A stretch of 64,000 nt of DNA from Candidatus Latescibacterota bacterium. GTDB taxonomy: Bacteria > Latescibacterota > UBA2968 > GCA-2709665. A program made the position numbers and the translations under genes. The number at the start of each line of letters is the position of its first letter. Position 1 is the stretch's first letter. This document shows, piece by piece, positions 10,438 through 20,964 of the stretch. The notes beneath the pieces are model-generated. The model searched no databases. It saw only the letters and a list, made by a program, of their open reading frames with translations, and was not told where the DNA came from. The DNA is taken from contig OZ244744.1 in the NCBI GenBank assembly GCA_965219455.1, positions 1,536,001 to 1,600,000 of the forward strand. The letters run 5' to 3'.

Positions 10438-11688
10438 ATGTCATCTCCTGCCGCCTTCTCCGTCAACGACGCTGTCGCCCTCGCCTTCGAAAATCAACCG
10501 ATTGTAGACATCCATACCCACCTCTATCCAGCACAAATGGGCTCGCTGTGTCTCATGGGCCCGGACGAACTCCTCACCTACCACTACCTGAAAGCAGAGA
10601 CCAGCCGTCAGCTTCCGCCTGAAATCACCGTCGCACAATTCAGCGCCCTGCCGAAGCCGCGTCAGGCCGACGTCGTCTGGCGCACCCTCTTCGCGGGCGA
10701 CGGCAGTCCGCTCTCCGAAGCCCAGCTCGGCGTGGTGACCGTTATGTCAGCGCTGGGCCTGAACCCCAGGACGGACAGCCTGTCCGAATTCCGCGCTTTC
10801 TTCTCCGGGACAGACCCCGAAGACTACATCGATCTTATCTTTCGGAAATCCGGTGTGGCAAGTGTCTTTATGACCAACGATCCCCTGGACGATCAGGAGG
10901 GCCCCATCTGGCAAGCCGGATTCGATAGAGACCCGCGGTTTGAAGCCGCGCTCCGGCTGGACAGCGCCCTGGCGGGCTGGCCCGCGCCCGTCGCGAAATT
11001 AAACGCACTGGGTTACGAGGTGGAAACGGATCTCTGCGCCCGAACGATTGCAGAACTTCGCCGTTACCTCAACGAAGGGTGCACGCGCATGGACGCCCGT
11101 TACATGGCCATCTCCCTCCCGCCGGATTTCGTCTATCCCTCCGAGTCTCCCGTAGCCAGGCTGCTGCATGCCGCGGTCTATCCCACCGCCAGGGAGCGCG
11201 GGATTCCCGCGGCCATGATGGTTGGCGTCAGGCGCCAGGTCAACCCGCTGTTGCAGGACGGCGGCGACGGCATGGGAAAATGGGATGTCGCCGTCCTGGA
11301 AAACATCGCGCGGGAATGGCCCGAGGTCAATTTCCTCGTGACGCTGCTTTCTCGCGAAAACCAGCACGAACTCTGCGTGGCCGCCCGAAAATTCCCCAAT
11401 ATTCTCCCCTTCGGCTGCTGGTGGTTTCTGAACAACCCCAGCATTATCCAGGAAATCACGGCCGAACGCCTTGAACTGCTCGGAGCCGGCTTCGTGCCTC
11501 AACACTCCGACGCCCGGGTCCTGGACCAGCTACTCTACAAATGGACCCACTCCATCAAAGCCATTGCGCCGGTCTTCGTGCGGAAGTACGAAGCGTTGAA
11601 GCACGCCGGCTGGCCGCTGACCGAACGGGACATCCGCAATGACATCGCCCGAATGTTCGGCGGCGGCCCCCTCAATGCGAGCTCTTGA
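10438..11688 (+). CDS. Glucuronate (uronate) isomerase, amidohydrolase superfamily
   Basis: DIHTH, LLTYHYL, MTNDP, GCWWFLNNP, QHSDARVLDQL.YKW.H. Confidence 0.85.
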   Translation: MSSPAAFSVNDAVALAFENQPIVDIHTHLYPAQMGSLCLMGPDELLTYHYLKAETSRQLPPEITVAQFSALPKPRQADVVWRTLFAGDGSPLSEAQLGVVTVMSALGLNPRTDSLSEFRAFFSGTDPEDYIDLIFRKSGVASVFMTNDPLDDQEGPIWQAGFDRDPRFEAALRLDSALAGWPAPVAKLNALGYEVETDLCARTIAELRRYLNEGCTRMDARYMAISLPPDFVYPSESPVARLLHAAVYPTARERGIPAAMMVGVRRQVNPLLQDGGDGMGKWDVAVLENIAREWPEVNFLVTLLSRENQHELCVAARKFPNILPFGCWWFLNNPSIIQEITAERLELLGAGFVPQHSDARVLDQLLYKWTHSIKAIAPVFVRKYEALKHAGWPLTERDIRNDIARMFGGGPLNASS

Positions 11689-11690
11689 AG

Positions 11691-12878
11691 TCAGCGCAGC
11701 CAGGACCATTGCGCGGCCACCGTGGCCTCGTCGCCGAATCTTTCCATCACCCGCGCTTTTTCGGCAGGCCCCGCCAAGAGCAGCCCCACCAGCCGATCGC
11801 ACGTCAATTCCACCTCTTCGTCCGTCATCTCCATCGCATCCACGGTGAAATATCCCTCATCCGTATGGTGCGCGCGAAGCCGGATGGACGGATCGCCCTC
11901 CATCATCGCGAGGTTGATCACGGCAGCGCTCAATCCGGTTTTGTCCGCGTCCACCGTGACACGCGCGCGACTGAACGGATTGCCGTTGGGATCCGGATCC
12001 ACGCTGAGACCGATGCCGTCGATGCCCTCCAGGCGCGCCATCACCCGGTTCATCTTCCGGTTTTGCTCCGCCTCCCAGCCCCCCACGTCCAATCGCATCC
12101 GGTACTCCAGCGCCGCCATCGCGCCCACGATTCCCTCCTTGCCCACCTTCATCGGCCTCCCGATCCCCCGGTTCTGAAGGTTCAGCGCCCGCACCAGGTC
12201 CTCCCGGCCGCAGACCACGCCGGCCGTGGCGCCGGAGAGATACTTGTGCCCGCTGCAGATTACCAGGTCCGCCCCCGTGTCCACGATCTTTCTGATCAGA
12301 AACGACTGCGCCGCCCCGTCGACGATCACGGGGACGCCGAACTCGTGCGCGATCTCGACCACCCGCGTCAGGGGCAGGGCGCCGTACCGGACGGTATGGT
12401 GAGAAACCACGAATACCACCGCCGCCGTCCGGTCTCCAATGGCATGCCTCAGGTGCTCCTCGGTCGAACGGTGCACCGTCCCGATCTCCACGGCCACGGC
12501 GCCGGCCAGCCGGATCATCTGCGTTACCGGCGCTCCGAAGTTCACCGCGTGACCCTTCTGAATCACAACCTCGTTTGCCATCCCGGTTGTGTCCGGAAGT
12601 TGCCAGACCCGGCCGAGGTCGTTTCCGGTCATCGTGGCCGCCACCCCCAGCGAAATGCCCGCGGCCGTGCATGCGGTCACGCACCCCCACTGAGCGCCCG
12701 TGGCGCGTGCGATCACCTCACCCGCGCGGTCCTGGAGTTCATCCAGGTCGTAGAAGCGGCCCATAGCCTGCGTCACCTCTTCAACCACTTCGGGCAACAC
12801 GATCGCCCCCGCCAGGTGCGTCATTTTGCCACAAGCGTTGATAACACGAGTCAACCGGTACTTCTCGTACAAATCCAT
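11691..12878 (-). CDS. SelA-like PLP-dependent enzyme (DgaE/D-glucosaminate-6-phosphate ammonia-lyase-like)
   Basis: VINACGKMT.LAG, QKGH.VNFGA, VDGAAQ, SGHKYL (PLP Lys), GIGRPMKVGKE; GGAGG RBS. Confidence 0.85.
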   Translation of the reverse strand: MDLYEKYRLTRVINACGKMTHLAGAIVLPEVVEEVTQAMGRFYDLDELQDRAGEVIARATGAQWGCVTACTAAGISLGVAATMTGNDLGRVWQLPDTTGMANEVVIQKGHAVNFGAPVTQMIRLAGAVAVEIGTVHRSTEEHLRHAIGDRTAAVVFVVSHHTVRYGALPLTRVVEIAHEFGVPVIVDGAAQSFLIRKIVDTGADLVICSGHKYLSGATAGVVCGREDLVRALNLQNRGIGRPMKVGKEGIVGAMAALEYRMRLDVGGWEAEQNRKMNRVMARLEGIDGIGLSVDPDPNGNPFSRARVTVDADKTGLSAAVINLAMMEGDPSIRLRAHHTDEGYFTVDAMEMTDEEVELTCDRLVGLLLAGPAEKARVMERFGDEATVAAQWSWLR

Positions 12879-12976
12879 TGAGGTCCCTCCGTACAGGAAA
12901 AATGCGAGCGACAATACCGGCCGCCCGCCTTTCCCGGTGTCCCGTCCCGAATGTTTTCGGAACGGCTTCCCGCCGG

Positions 12977-14347
12977 TTAACTTCCCACCGCCTCGTCCAC
13001 CGACTCGCCCAGCACCGCCAGGCCTTCGGCCACCGCTTCCCCGGTAATGGTCAGCGGCGGAGCGATCTTCACCGTCTGCCCCCAGGATCCCACCGGCGCG
13101 AAAAACAGCAGCCCCTTGTGAAAACAGCGTTCAACCACGTCGAATGCCAGATCCGGGTCGGGCTCCTTCAAACCCGGTTTGACCATCTGCAACCCCGCAA
13201 CCAGCCCCTTGCCCGTGCAATTGCCGATCACGAGCGGATGACGGGCCTGAATCGCGCGCAACCCATCCATCATTACCGCCTCCAGCCGGGCGGCATTGCC
13301 CGCCAGGTCGTCTTCCACGATTTTTTTCAAGCTGGCCAGCGCCGCCGCCGCGCAGACCGGATTTCCGGTATGCGTGCTGGTCATGGATCCGGGCGGGTAT
13401 TGATCCATCACCTCCGTCCGGCCGATCACGCCGGACAGGGGCAGGGAACTGCTCACGCCCTTTCCGAATGTAATCAGATCCGGTGTGACGCCGTAGTGCT
13501 CGAACCCCCACATTTTTCCGGTTCGTCCGAACCCCGCCTGTACCTCGTCGAATATCAGCAGAGCCCCGTGCGCCCGGCACCATTCGGCCAGGGCTCGTGC
13601 ATATTCCACCGGGAGAAAGTCCGGGCCGACGCCCTGGTAGGTCTCCACGATCACCCCCGCCACGTCGTCGGCCTTCATCCCTTTTTCGTTCAGGGTCGCG
13701 CAGAAGTGGTCGAAATCGGTATTCTCCGTCCAGTATCCGTCCGGAAAGGCAACCTGTACAATGGCGGGATCCTCATTCACAATCCAGTCTTTCTGTCCGG
13801 GCATCCCGCCGGCCTGCTGCGCCCCGAGCGTGCGCCCGTGAAAGCCACGCTCAAACCCCACGATCCCGACCTTCCGGTTCCCGCCCTGCATTATTCCCCA
13901 GGTGCGAGCCAGTTTGATCGCATTCTCGGTGGCCTCGGAACCGGTGGTCAGCAGAAATACCTTATCCAGACCTTCCGGCGCCAGTCCCGTGAGGGTTTCG
14001 GCCAGTGCCGCCCTTGCGGCGTTGGGAAACACGTAGCTGTGAAGGAGTCCGTTGTCGACCTGTTCCAGAATGGCCCTCCGCACCTCCGGCATCCCGTGGC
14101 CCGCATTGGTCACCAGCACCCCGGAACTCCAATCCAGCCACATATTCCCGTACCTGTCGTGAACCTGGACGTCTTCCGCCCGATCCCACACGACCGGGGG
14201 CTGTCCGCGCATCGAAGAAGGCTCATGGGTGCGAAGCGCCTCGAGCACGGGAACCGACTCCGGATGCGGCAATCTGGAGGCGATTCGCCGATATTTTGTG
14301 TCCACGCGGGGAACGTCCCGGGGTGTGATATCGAACTCCCTGCCCAT
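12977..14347 (-). CDS. Class III PLP aminotransferase
   Basis: LDWSSGVLVTNAGH, TTGSEATE, FHGRT, FDEVQAGFGRTG, FGKG, STHTGNP; AGGAGG RBS before 14347. Confidence 0.92.
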   Translation of the reverse strand: MGREFDITPRDVPRVDTKYRRIASRLPHPESVPVLEALRTHEPSSMRGQPPVVWDRAEDVQVHDRYGNMWLDWSSGVLVTNAGHGMPEVRRAILEQVDNGLLHSYVFPNAARAALAETLTGLAPEGLDKVFLLTTGSEATENAIKLARTWGIMQGGNRKVGIVGFERGFHGRTLGAQQAGGMPGQKDWIVNEDPAIVQVAFPDGYWTENTDFDHFCATLNEKGMKADDVAGVIVETYQGVGPDFLPVEYARALAEWCRAHGALLIFDEVQAGFGRTGKMWGFEHYGVTPDLITFGKGVSSSLPLSGVIGRTEVMDQYPPGSMTSTHTGNPVCAAAALASLKKIVEDDLAGNAARLEAVMMDGLRAIQARHPLVIGNCTGKGLVAGLQMVKPGLKEPDPDLAFDVVERCFHKGLLFFAPVGSWGQTVKIAPPLTITGEAVAEGLAVLGESVDEAVGS

Positions 14348-14435
14348 CGCATCCTCCTGAAAAAAAACGAGCCGCGAGACTCGGCGCCGCCCGAACCGGA
14401 CGTTGCGGCGTCTCGCGACCCGCTGCGCCCCGCCC

Positions 14436-15719
14436 CTATAGAGCCTTTTTGTAAATCCGCTGAAATACCGCTTCCGGGCCCTCGTCAATCCGGTTCGGAT
14501 CGATAATGGTGATGCCGTCCTCCCCGAACCGCGCCGTCACCGGCGTCCCCTTGCCTTCATGCAGATATTTGAAGTTCAGATCCCGCACCCGCCTGGCCGC
14601 ATCCACAATCGCGACCGTAATCCGCCCATCCGCCGCCGTGGGATAGATCTCGTCCACGTCCTCCCGCGTCTCTCCCAGGAACTTGATCCGGCAGGCGGCA
14701 ACCAGCCCCACCGTGATGCTGTCCACGCCGTATCCGATATACGCATCCGAGCCGTCCGGACGCCTGACGTCGCGGGTCATATGATTATTCACCGTACGGC
14801 TGCCGCCCCCGTCGTACCAGAAACGCAGACCCCGGTACTGCTGGTCCGACTCCACCTTGCCGTCGGTGCCCACAATTTCATGGCCCTGATTCACGGGGCC
14901 CTCGAAATCATCGGGCGTTATCCAATTATTGTGGAAATAGATGCTCATACCGTTATCGAATTCCACGCGCACCTGAACCGCGTCGTAGGCGTTGATCCCG
15001 TCCCGAACCAGCCGCTTCTTCTGTCCGACCGCGGATAGCGCGACGGGTTTGCTCCTGAAATAGTTGTAAATCAGGTCCGTCCAGTGTGGACCGACATAAC
15101 TGAACGGATCGCTCTGCTCCGCCCACTTGAACGTGCTCGTGGACACCTCCAGCGGCTCTTCGAGCACGGCCTGCCCGTAGAGCGGCTCTCCGATCCGCGT
15201 GGACAGATCGTGCTGGACGCGCAGATGATCCGGATCGTATCGCTTGTGCATATCCACGCAGACCACCAGCCCCTTCTCGTCGGCCACGTCGATGATCTCG
15301 TCCGCCTCCTCGATCGACAGACACATCGGTTTCTCCATCACCACGTGCGTCCCGTTCCGGAGCGCGGCCAGCGTCACCTCGGTATGCAGATGATCCGGCG
15401 TAACCACCGCCATGACGTCGAGGTCGGGGAAATCGCGCAACACGTCTTCCCACGGCTTTTCTCCCCAGTACGGTCCTGGCTCGCACCCCGTGGAAGCTTT
15501 AAAATTATCCCGCGCGCGTTCCGCCGACGCCTGCGACCGCGTGGCCACGGCCACCAGATCGAACTGTATATCGGCCAGGTCCCGCGCCCACCGGTCCAGG
15601 CCGACCCGCCCGAGATTTCCACTGATTCCCATCCGCTGCAGATCGGCGAACGCCCGGGCATGAACGTCTCCGCCGAACATCCCCGCGCCGATCAGCGCGA
15701 TTTTCATCGTGCGCTGCAT
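14436..15719 (-). CDS. Gfo/Idh/MocA family oxidoreductase
   Basis: IGAG, TPDHLH, HVVMEKP, HKRYDP. Confidence 0.9.
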   Translation of the reverse strand: MQRTMKIALIGAGMFGGDVHARAFADLQRMGISGNLGRVGLDRWARDLADIQFDLVAVATRSQASAERARDNFKASTGCEPGPYWGEKPWEDVLRDFPDLDVMAVVTPDHLHTEVTLAALRNGTHVVMEKPMCLSIEEADEIIDVADEKGLVVCVDMHKRYDPDHLRVQHDLSTRIGEPLYGQAVLEEPLEVSTSTFKWAEQSDPFSYVGPHWTDLIYNYFRSKPVALSAVGQKKRLVRDGINAYDAVQVRVEFDNGMSIYFHNNWITPDDFEGPVNQGHEIVGTDGKVESDQQYRGLRFWYDGGGSRTVNNHMTRDVRRPDGSDAYIGYGVDSITVGLVAACRIKFLGETREDVDEIYPTAADGRITVAIVDAARRVRDLNFKYLHEGKGTPVTARFGEDGITIIDPNRIDEGPEAVFQRIYKKAL

Positions 15720-15839
15720 TCGTTACCTCGCTTTCCCGCTTTGTCGGTTCTCTCCCCGTAGCACCAGAACCTTGTTTTCGTTTCATCGATTCGAGCGGCC
15801 TCGACGTCCGCGCGGCGGGAACCGCGCCCAACGTGCGAG

Positions 15840-16574
15840 TCATCTCGTAAAGACGGTACCCCTCACATAGTCCGCATCGTCCGAAACCAGAAACGCCAGG
15901 ACCTTTCCCACACCCTCCGGATCTCCCAAGCCCTGTCTCATCTCCTCCAGGGACCGCCCCTCCAGACTCGCCTGTTTCCTCAACACGCCCATCTTCAACG
16001 GCGTTTCAAGGCTCCCGGGACACAACGCATGCACCCGGATTCCCCTGGAGGCCAGTTGCGGCGCGAGCACCAGAGAGAGCCCGTGCACCCCGCCTTTGCT
16101 CGATCCGTATGCCGCGGACGAACTGCCTCCCCGCACGCCGGCGCCGGAAGACACCAGCACGAGCACCCCGCCGCCGGACCGCTCCAGAACCGGCGCCACA
16201 TACTTGCACATCAGAAAACTTCCCTTCAAATTCACGTCGACCACCCGATCCCAGGTCTCCTCTTCGAACAGATCGACGGGGACCAGCGCGCCTTCCAGAA
16301 TGCCAGCGGAATGAATCAGACCGTCGATCCGTCCGAACGCGCCGACCACGTCCTTCACCATCGCCCGAACCCCGGCCTCCACGCGTACGTCCACATCGAA
16401 CCCCCGGGCGGCGCCCCCCGACCCCTCGATTTCGCTAACCGTTGCCGTAACGCCGTCCACGTCGCAATCCGCGACCCCCACGCGAGCGCCGGCCCGTGCG
16501 CAACAAAGCGAAGCGGCGCGGCCGATGCCCGAGGCCCCGCCGGTTACCAGAATCACCTTCTTCTTCAACGGCAT
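15840..16574 (-). CDS. Short-chain dehydrogenase/reductase
   Basis: TGGASGIG, YGSSK catalytic motif, CPG. Confidence 0.93.
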   Translation of the reverse strand: MPLKKKVILVTGGASGIGRAASLCCARAGARVGVADCDVDGVTATVSEIEGSGGAARGFDVDVRVEAGVRAMVKDVVGAFGRIDGLIHSAGILEGALVPVDLFEEETWDRVVDVNLKGSFLMCKYVAPVLERSGGGVLVLVSSGAGVRGGSSSAAYGSSKGGVHGLSLVLAPQLASRGIRVHALCPGSLETPLKMGVLRKQASLEGRSLEEMRQGLGDPEGVGKVLAFLVSDDADYVRGTVFTR

Positions 16575-16676
16575 CTCACCCTCGCGGGTCGAATCCGGCC
16601 TGACGGGCCAGGCGCCTGGCGCTACGGAACGGGAAAATGAATTCCCGCGTCGGTTGCGCCCCGCGTTCCGCGGCAC

Positions 16677-18104
16677 CTATTGCGTTATCGCGTACAGCGT
16701 ATTGCGGGTGCCAATGTAAAGCACCCCGTCTTCTGCGACCGGCGTGGTGTATACCGCGCTGCCCATATTGATTTCGTTGATCTTCTCGAACGCTGCCGAG
16801 GCCTTGAAGATCATTACGTCGCCGTCTTCATCGCCAATGTATACCTTGCCATCGACCACAAAGGGCGACCCCCAGATGGCGGCGTAGGCATCGTAGGTCC
16901 AGTGCGGCTTTCCTGTCTTCAGGTCAAGACAATAGACGAATCCGCTCAGGTCCGCCGCATACAGCAACCCATCCTGTATGGCAACCGTCGACATGGTCCG
17001 GTTAAAATCCTTGTCTCCCAGATGCCAGACAACGTGGGTGCCCGTTACGTCCCCTTTTCCAGTCGCGTCAATCGCCCACAGATGACCCACTCCTTCGCCG
17101 TGTTCGGGATCCTGTCCCACACCGATATAGACCTTGTTGTCGTAGATCACCGGCGTGGCGATTACCGCGTTGCGTGTGCCGCGTCCGCCTAGCTCCCACT
17201 CCGAATCCTTCGGATTGCAATCGAACTTCCAGATCAATTCGCCCGTCTTCGGCGCCACGGCATAAATCCATCCGTCCCCTCCCGGCAAGACAACCTGGGG
17301 TTCTCCGTTGATCATTCCATACGTCGGGTTCGACCACTGCCCATGCAGGATGTTCGTGCCGGGATAGGCCTTCTCCCAGACAAGTTCCCCGGTTTTCAGG
17401 CTGAGGGCGATAAAACTGGGCGCGAGCGGTGAAGGGATGGCGACGTGGCCTTCATCCACGCCGTTGCTGGTAATCACGAATAGCATGCCGTCCGCTCCGA
17501 CAGGCGAACAGGTGGCCAGATTGTGCGGGAAGACATCCAATTCTTCCATCATGTCGAATTCCCAGACAATATCCACGCCAACCTTCCCGGTTACGTCTTC
17601 GCCCTGATACGGCCCGTCGTTTTCCGAGTCCAGAAACCCCTCCGTATCCGCGCAGACCACGCGCCCCTGGTTGGAAACATAGTACAGACGCTGGTCCTGG
17701 ACAAATGGCGTGGAGCAGACCCCCTGCAGCGGCCAGTCGTTCACCCTTCCAGCCGGCAGCTTCGGATGGGCCGCCTGCCACAGAAACTTACCGTCGGATT
17801 CCCGGAATGCCATCACCACGCCGCGGTCGCCCTTGATATCGGGATTGCGTTCGCCGCGGTTGTTCGTCCCCATAAACACCTTGCCGCCCAGCAGTACGGG
17901 CCCGGCGTACGACTGGGAGCCGAGAGCGGCCTTCCACTTGATATTCTCGCCGGTGATCGGATTCCAATCCGTTGGCAGGTTCTTTTCATCCGATACCTGG
18001 TTTCGCGAGGGCGTGAATCCCCACATCGCGGTCTCCTGCGCGCGTGCGTCCGAAACCGCCCAGATCACAATCATAGCGCCGCATACAACCCATCTCGATT
18101 TCAT
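16677..18104 (-). CDS. Secreted PQQ-like beta-propeller repeat protein
   Basis: Signal peptide; repeated ..G..LW / STP / SP blade motifs. Confidence 0.85.
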   Translation of the reverse strand: MKSRWVVCGAMIVIWAVSDARAQETAMWGFTPSRNQVSDEKNLPTDWNPITGENIKWKAALGSQSYAGPVLLGGKVFMGTNNRGERNPDIKGDRGVVMAFRESDGKFLWQAAHPKLPAGRVNDWPLQGVCSTPFVQDQRLYYVSNQGRVVCADTEGFLDSENDGPYQGEDVTGKVGVDIVWEFDMMEELDVFPHNLATCSPVGADGMLFVITSNGVDEGHVAIPSPLAPSFIALSLKTGELVWEKAYPGTNILHGQWSNPTYGMINGEPQVVLPGGDGWIYAVAPKTGELIWKFDCNPKDSEWELGGRGTRNAVIATPVIYDNKVYIGVGQDPEHGEGVGHLWAIDATGKGDVTGTHVVWHLGDKDFNRTMSTVAIQDGLLYAADLSGFVYCLDLKTGKPHWTYDAYAAIWGSPFVVDGKVYIGDEDGDVMIFKASAAFEKINEINMGSAVYTTPVAEDGVLYIGTRNTLYAITQ

Positions 18105-18147
18105 TGGTGTCTTACTCTCCCGGAGTCTGCGTTCGATGTTGGAACCT

Positions 18148-20322
18148 TCAATACACGCTCACATTGTCATAATAGATGTTCGCCGGCGAGTACCCGTAAA
18201 GTCCCGGGCTGCCTTCCCGTATGGGCAGCGGATCCTCCGCCTCGATCGTCCAGGCGTCGGGCTCCGGGTCGCCCCGTTTCCACACTTTGCCGCGGACCAC
18301 GGCCCGACCGCCCACGATATCCACCCTCATCTTCATCGTATACCAGACGTCGGGATCCCATGCGAAGTCCACGCGTTTTGCCATCCGCAGATCCGAGGAC
18401 CAGGACCGGACCTCCAGCCGCTGGTAAGCGCCCTGCAGGTCCAGGATGTATCGGTGCGCGATCAGGCCCACGTCCGGACGCCAGCGCCTGCGCCTGCCCC
18501 CCATCAGATCGGCCTGGAGGGTATATCCCTTCATATCGGGCGGACCAATGTACAGATTGGACCGGTCCAGTCCGCGCGCCGCGGGCGGCTTCACCAGAAC
18601 CCTGTTTCCATCCTGCTCCTCAACCCTGAACCCCCTGCCACCCCACACCCAGTGGCGCGGATTCTTGCCAGCAGGGATCCCCTCAAAGTCCTCCGTCCAG
18701 GGCGGATCGGGGACCACCCGCACCCACGCCCTTGCGGTCAGCCCCCCGGAGGTGGCAACCACCCACCCGGCCTGTCCGTGTTTCGCCGGTGTAAACCGTT
18801 CGTTCTTGACCCGCCCGGCCAGGCCTTCGAGGGACCATTCCACTTGCACCTCCCCGATCAACCGCCCCCGCTCGTCGTACGCCCGGGCGCTCAGCGGCAG
18901 CGCCTCGTCCGACGCCAGTGTTTTCTCGGCCGGCACGACCAGAAGCGAGGCTGGTTGGACGCCTGACGGTGCGCGCGGGTGCCCCACAAACGGCGTGGGC
19001 GTGGGCGTGAACGCCGCGTCCCTGTCTCCCAGGCAGAACAGTCCCGCCTCGGTTGCGAAGTAGACCCGGCCGTATGCGACGGCCACCGAACCGTAGATTT
19101 CCGCGAGCCTCCCGCCGGGCATCGTAATCTTCTTCTCGTCCAGCGCCTGCGCGCCCGCGTCCCCCACCTTGAGAATCCGGACTCCGCCGTTGACTTCCGT
19201 GACGTACAATTTGCCGTCGGCCCACGTGGGTGAGCCCTTGCCCACCGTGCCGATATTCTGCTCCCAGTTTTTTTGCCCGGTCTGGGCGTCCAGGCAGTGT
19301 ACGTTCGCCGAATTGTCAATAACGTACAGGCGCCCCGCGTGAAGGGCGGGGGAAGCATACCCCGCCGCGATCCCGTCCTGGCGCCAGATCTCCTTTCCCG
19401 TGCCCGCGTCGATGCATACCACCCGACCCATCGTGGTATTGTCCACGTTTTCTTCGCTGTGGGTCGCGTACACCCGATTGTTACCCGCAACCGGAGAGGT
19501 GTTGATACCCCGCTTGCTCAGCGGGAACCCCCATACCACTTCCCCCGTCCCGGCCTTGAAGGCAAAAACACCTCCGTTTCCGTTGCCGGCGATCAACAAC
19601 CGCTGGCCGTCGACGGTCGCGGATATCGGCGTGGAATATACGGTCAGGTCGGCCTGCCCGCCCCCACCCGGGCGCGCCATCCAAGCGGTCTCTCCAGTCC
19701 GCTTGTCGAAGGCCATGTACCGGTGGGAGGGCGGGCGGTCCGCCCAGCCCCGGTTGCCCATGCTGATAACAACCAGGTCTCCGTCTACCACGGGCGTATG
19801 CAACCGGCCTCCGTAGCCCGAAAACCTGTTGAATTCCTCGGTCAACGACCGGGTCCACAGAATCCGGCCATCACGGTCGAAACACAACAGCAGACCGTTT
19901 ACGAGGTGCACGTACACATTGCCGGTTTCCCCGTCGGCGCCCGGATTCGCCCAGCCCAGGCGGTTGAACGTGATGGTGGAATGCCATACATTGAACTTGT
20001 GCTCCCATACCAGCCTACCGTCTTGCGCGTCAAAACAGGCAACGTGTTCCTGTCTGGTCACGCCTTCGCCGGTTCTTCCGATCACATATACGCGCCCGTT
20101 CAGAATCACCGGCGTGGACCGGCCGATAAACTCCGACCGCCAGACCAGATTCTCTCCATCCGGAGTCCAACCGGAGATCAGGCCGCTCTGCGATGAAGCA
20201 CCGGTCTGCATCGGACCGCGCCAGTGCGTCCAGTCCGATGCCGTGGAAATATTCGACGATACGACCTGAAGGCCACCGATCAGGCAGGCCGCAAGGATGC
20301 GAGGTTTCAGCCACCTTTTCAT
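18148..20322 (-). CDS. Secreted PQQ-like beta-propeller protein with C-terminal beta-rich extension
   Basis: Signal peptide, DWTHWRGP, many DA..G..VW blades, C-terminal WTEDFE...YYDNVSV domain. Confidence 0.85.
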   Translation of the reverse strand: MKRWLKPRILAACLIGGLQVVSSNISTASDWTHWRGPMQTGASSQSGLISGWTPDGENLVWRSEFIGRSTPVILNGRVYVIGRTGEGVTRQEHVACFDAQDGRLVWEHKFNVWHSTITFNRLGWANPGADGETGNVYVHLVNGLLLCFDRDGRILWTRSLTEEFNRFSGYGGRLHTPVVDGDLVVISMGNRGWADRPPSHRYMAFDKRTGETAWMARPGGGGQADLTVYSTPISATVDGQRLLIAGNGNGGVFAFKAGTGEVVWGFPLSKRGINTSPVAGNNRVYATHSEENVDNTTMGRVVCIDAGTGKEIWRQDGIAAGYASPALHAGRLYVIDNSANVHCLDAQTGQKNWEQNIGTVGKGSPTWADGKLYVTEVNGGVRILKVGDAGAQALDEKKITMPGGRLAEIYGSVAVAYGRVYFATEAGLFCLGDRDAAFTPTPTPFVGHPRAPSGVQPASLLVVPAEKTLASDEALPLSARAYDERGRLIGEVQVEWSLEGLAGRVKNERFTPAKHGQAGWVVATSGGLTARAWVRVVPDPPWTEDFEGIPAGKNPRHWVWGGRGFRVEEQDGNRVLVKPPAARGLDRSNLYIGPPDMKGYTLQADLMGGRRRRWRPDVGLIAHRYILDLQGAYQRLEVRSWSSDLRMAKRVDFAWDPDVWYTMKMRVDIVGGRAVVRGKVWKRGDPEPDAWTIEAEDPLPIREGSPGLYGYSPANIYYDNVSVY

Positions 20323-20440
20323 AAGCACAATGCCCCTATGGTTCTGTCCCGGAAAACTGTCACCATTATTCCGCCTGCCTGCGAAGGTGAGACAGCACGC
20401 ACAGGCAGGCCGATTCATCACGTCTCGGTCCCTTGTTTAC

Positions 20441-20468
20441 ACTGAGCCTGTCGAAGCGAGCCTGTCGA
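20441..20468. repeat. REP-like repeat remnant (CTGAGCCTGTCGAAG type)
   Basis: CTGAGCCTGTCGAAGCGAGCCTGTCGA; same motif class as 51680-51753. Confidence 0.45.
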
Positions 20469-20499
20469 TACGCGCTCGCCGGCGTGGCGCAGAACACAC

Positions 20500-20964
20500 T
20501 TACCGAAATGCGCCTTCCGCAATATCCGATTCCCCCACAAACTGCTTGAGATGCTCTATTGCCCTTGCCAGATCGCTCCTGACCCACGGATCTCTCTCTG
20601 TCCGCATCGCCAGTTCCAGAACGGCAATAGCCTCCGGCTGTTCGATATGCATAATCGCGACCACCGCCTGCTGGCGCAATCGGCGGCTTCTGTCTGTAAG
20701 GAAATGCAACAGATCGGGCAGCGCTTCGCTGGCGCCCAGCATCCCCAGCGCCCATATCGCTTTGGCGCGCACCTCGGGTACCGTATCCCTCAGCGCCTGG
20801 CGCAAATGGGGAACCGCCCCGACCACGCGACGCGCGCCCAGATAGGCCGCGGCATCCTCGCGTTCCTGCGCCGTACCCCATCGAAGCCGTGTAAAATGAT
20901 CGCTGTCGCCGCCGCAACACGGCAACCCGATCGAAAATAGAAGAATAACACTCAGGCTGCGCAT
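20500..20964 (-). CDS. HEAT-repeat protein, possible lipoprotein
   Basis: Hydrophobic N-terminus with Cys; [10 protein letters not shown] and [13 protein letters not shown] repeats; overlaps hemL stop. Confidence 0.75.
   Translation of the reverse strand: MRSLSVILLFSIGLPCCGGDSDHFTRLRWGTAQEREDAAAYLGARRVVGAVPHLRQALRDTVPEVRAKAIWALGMLGASEALPDLLHFLTDRSRRLRQQAVVAIMHIEQPEAIAVLELAMRTERDPWVRSDLARAIEHLKQFVGESDIAEGAFR

Noticed and set aside
11691-12878. Selenocysteine synthase selA
   Set aside because: Lacks the SelA N-terminal domain; no selB/selC nearby; context is catabolic.
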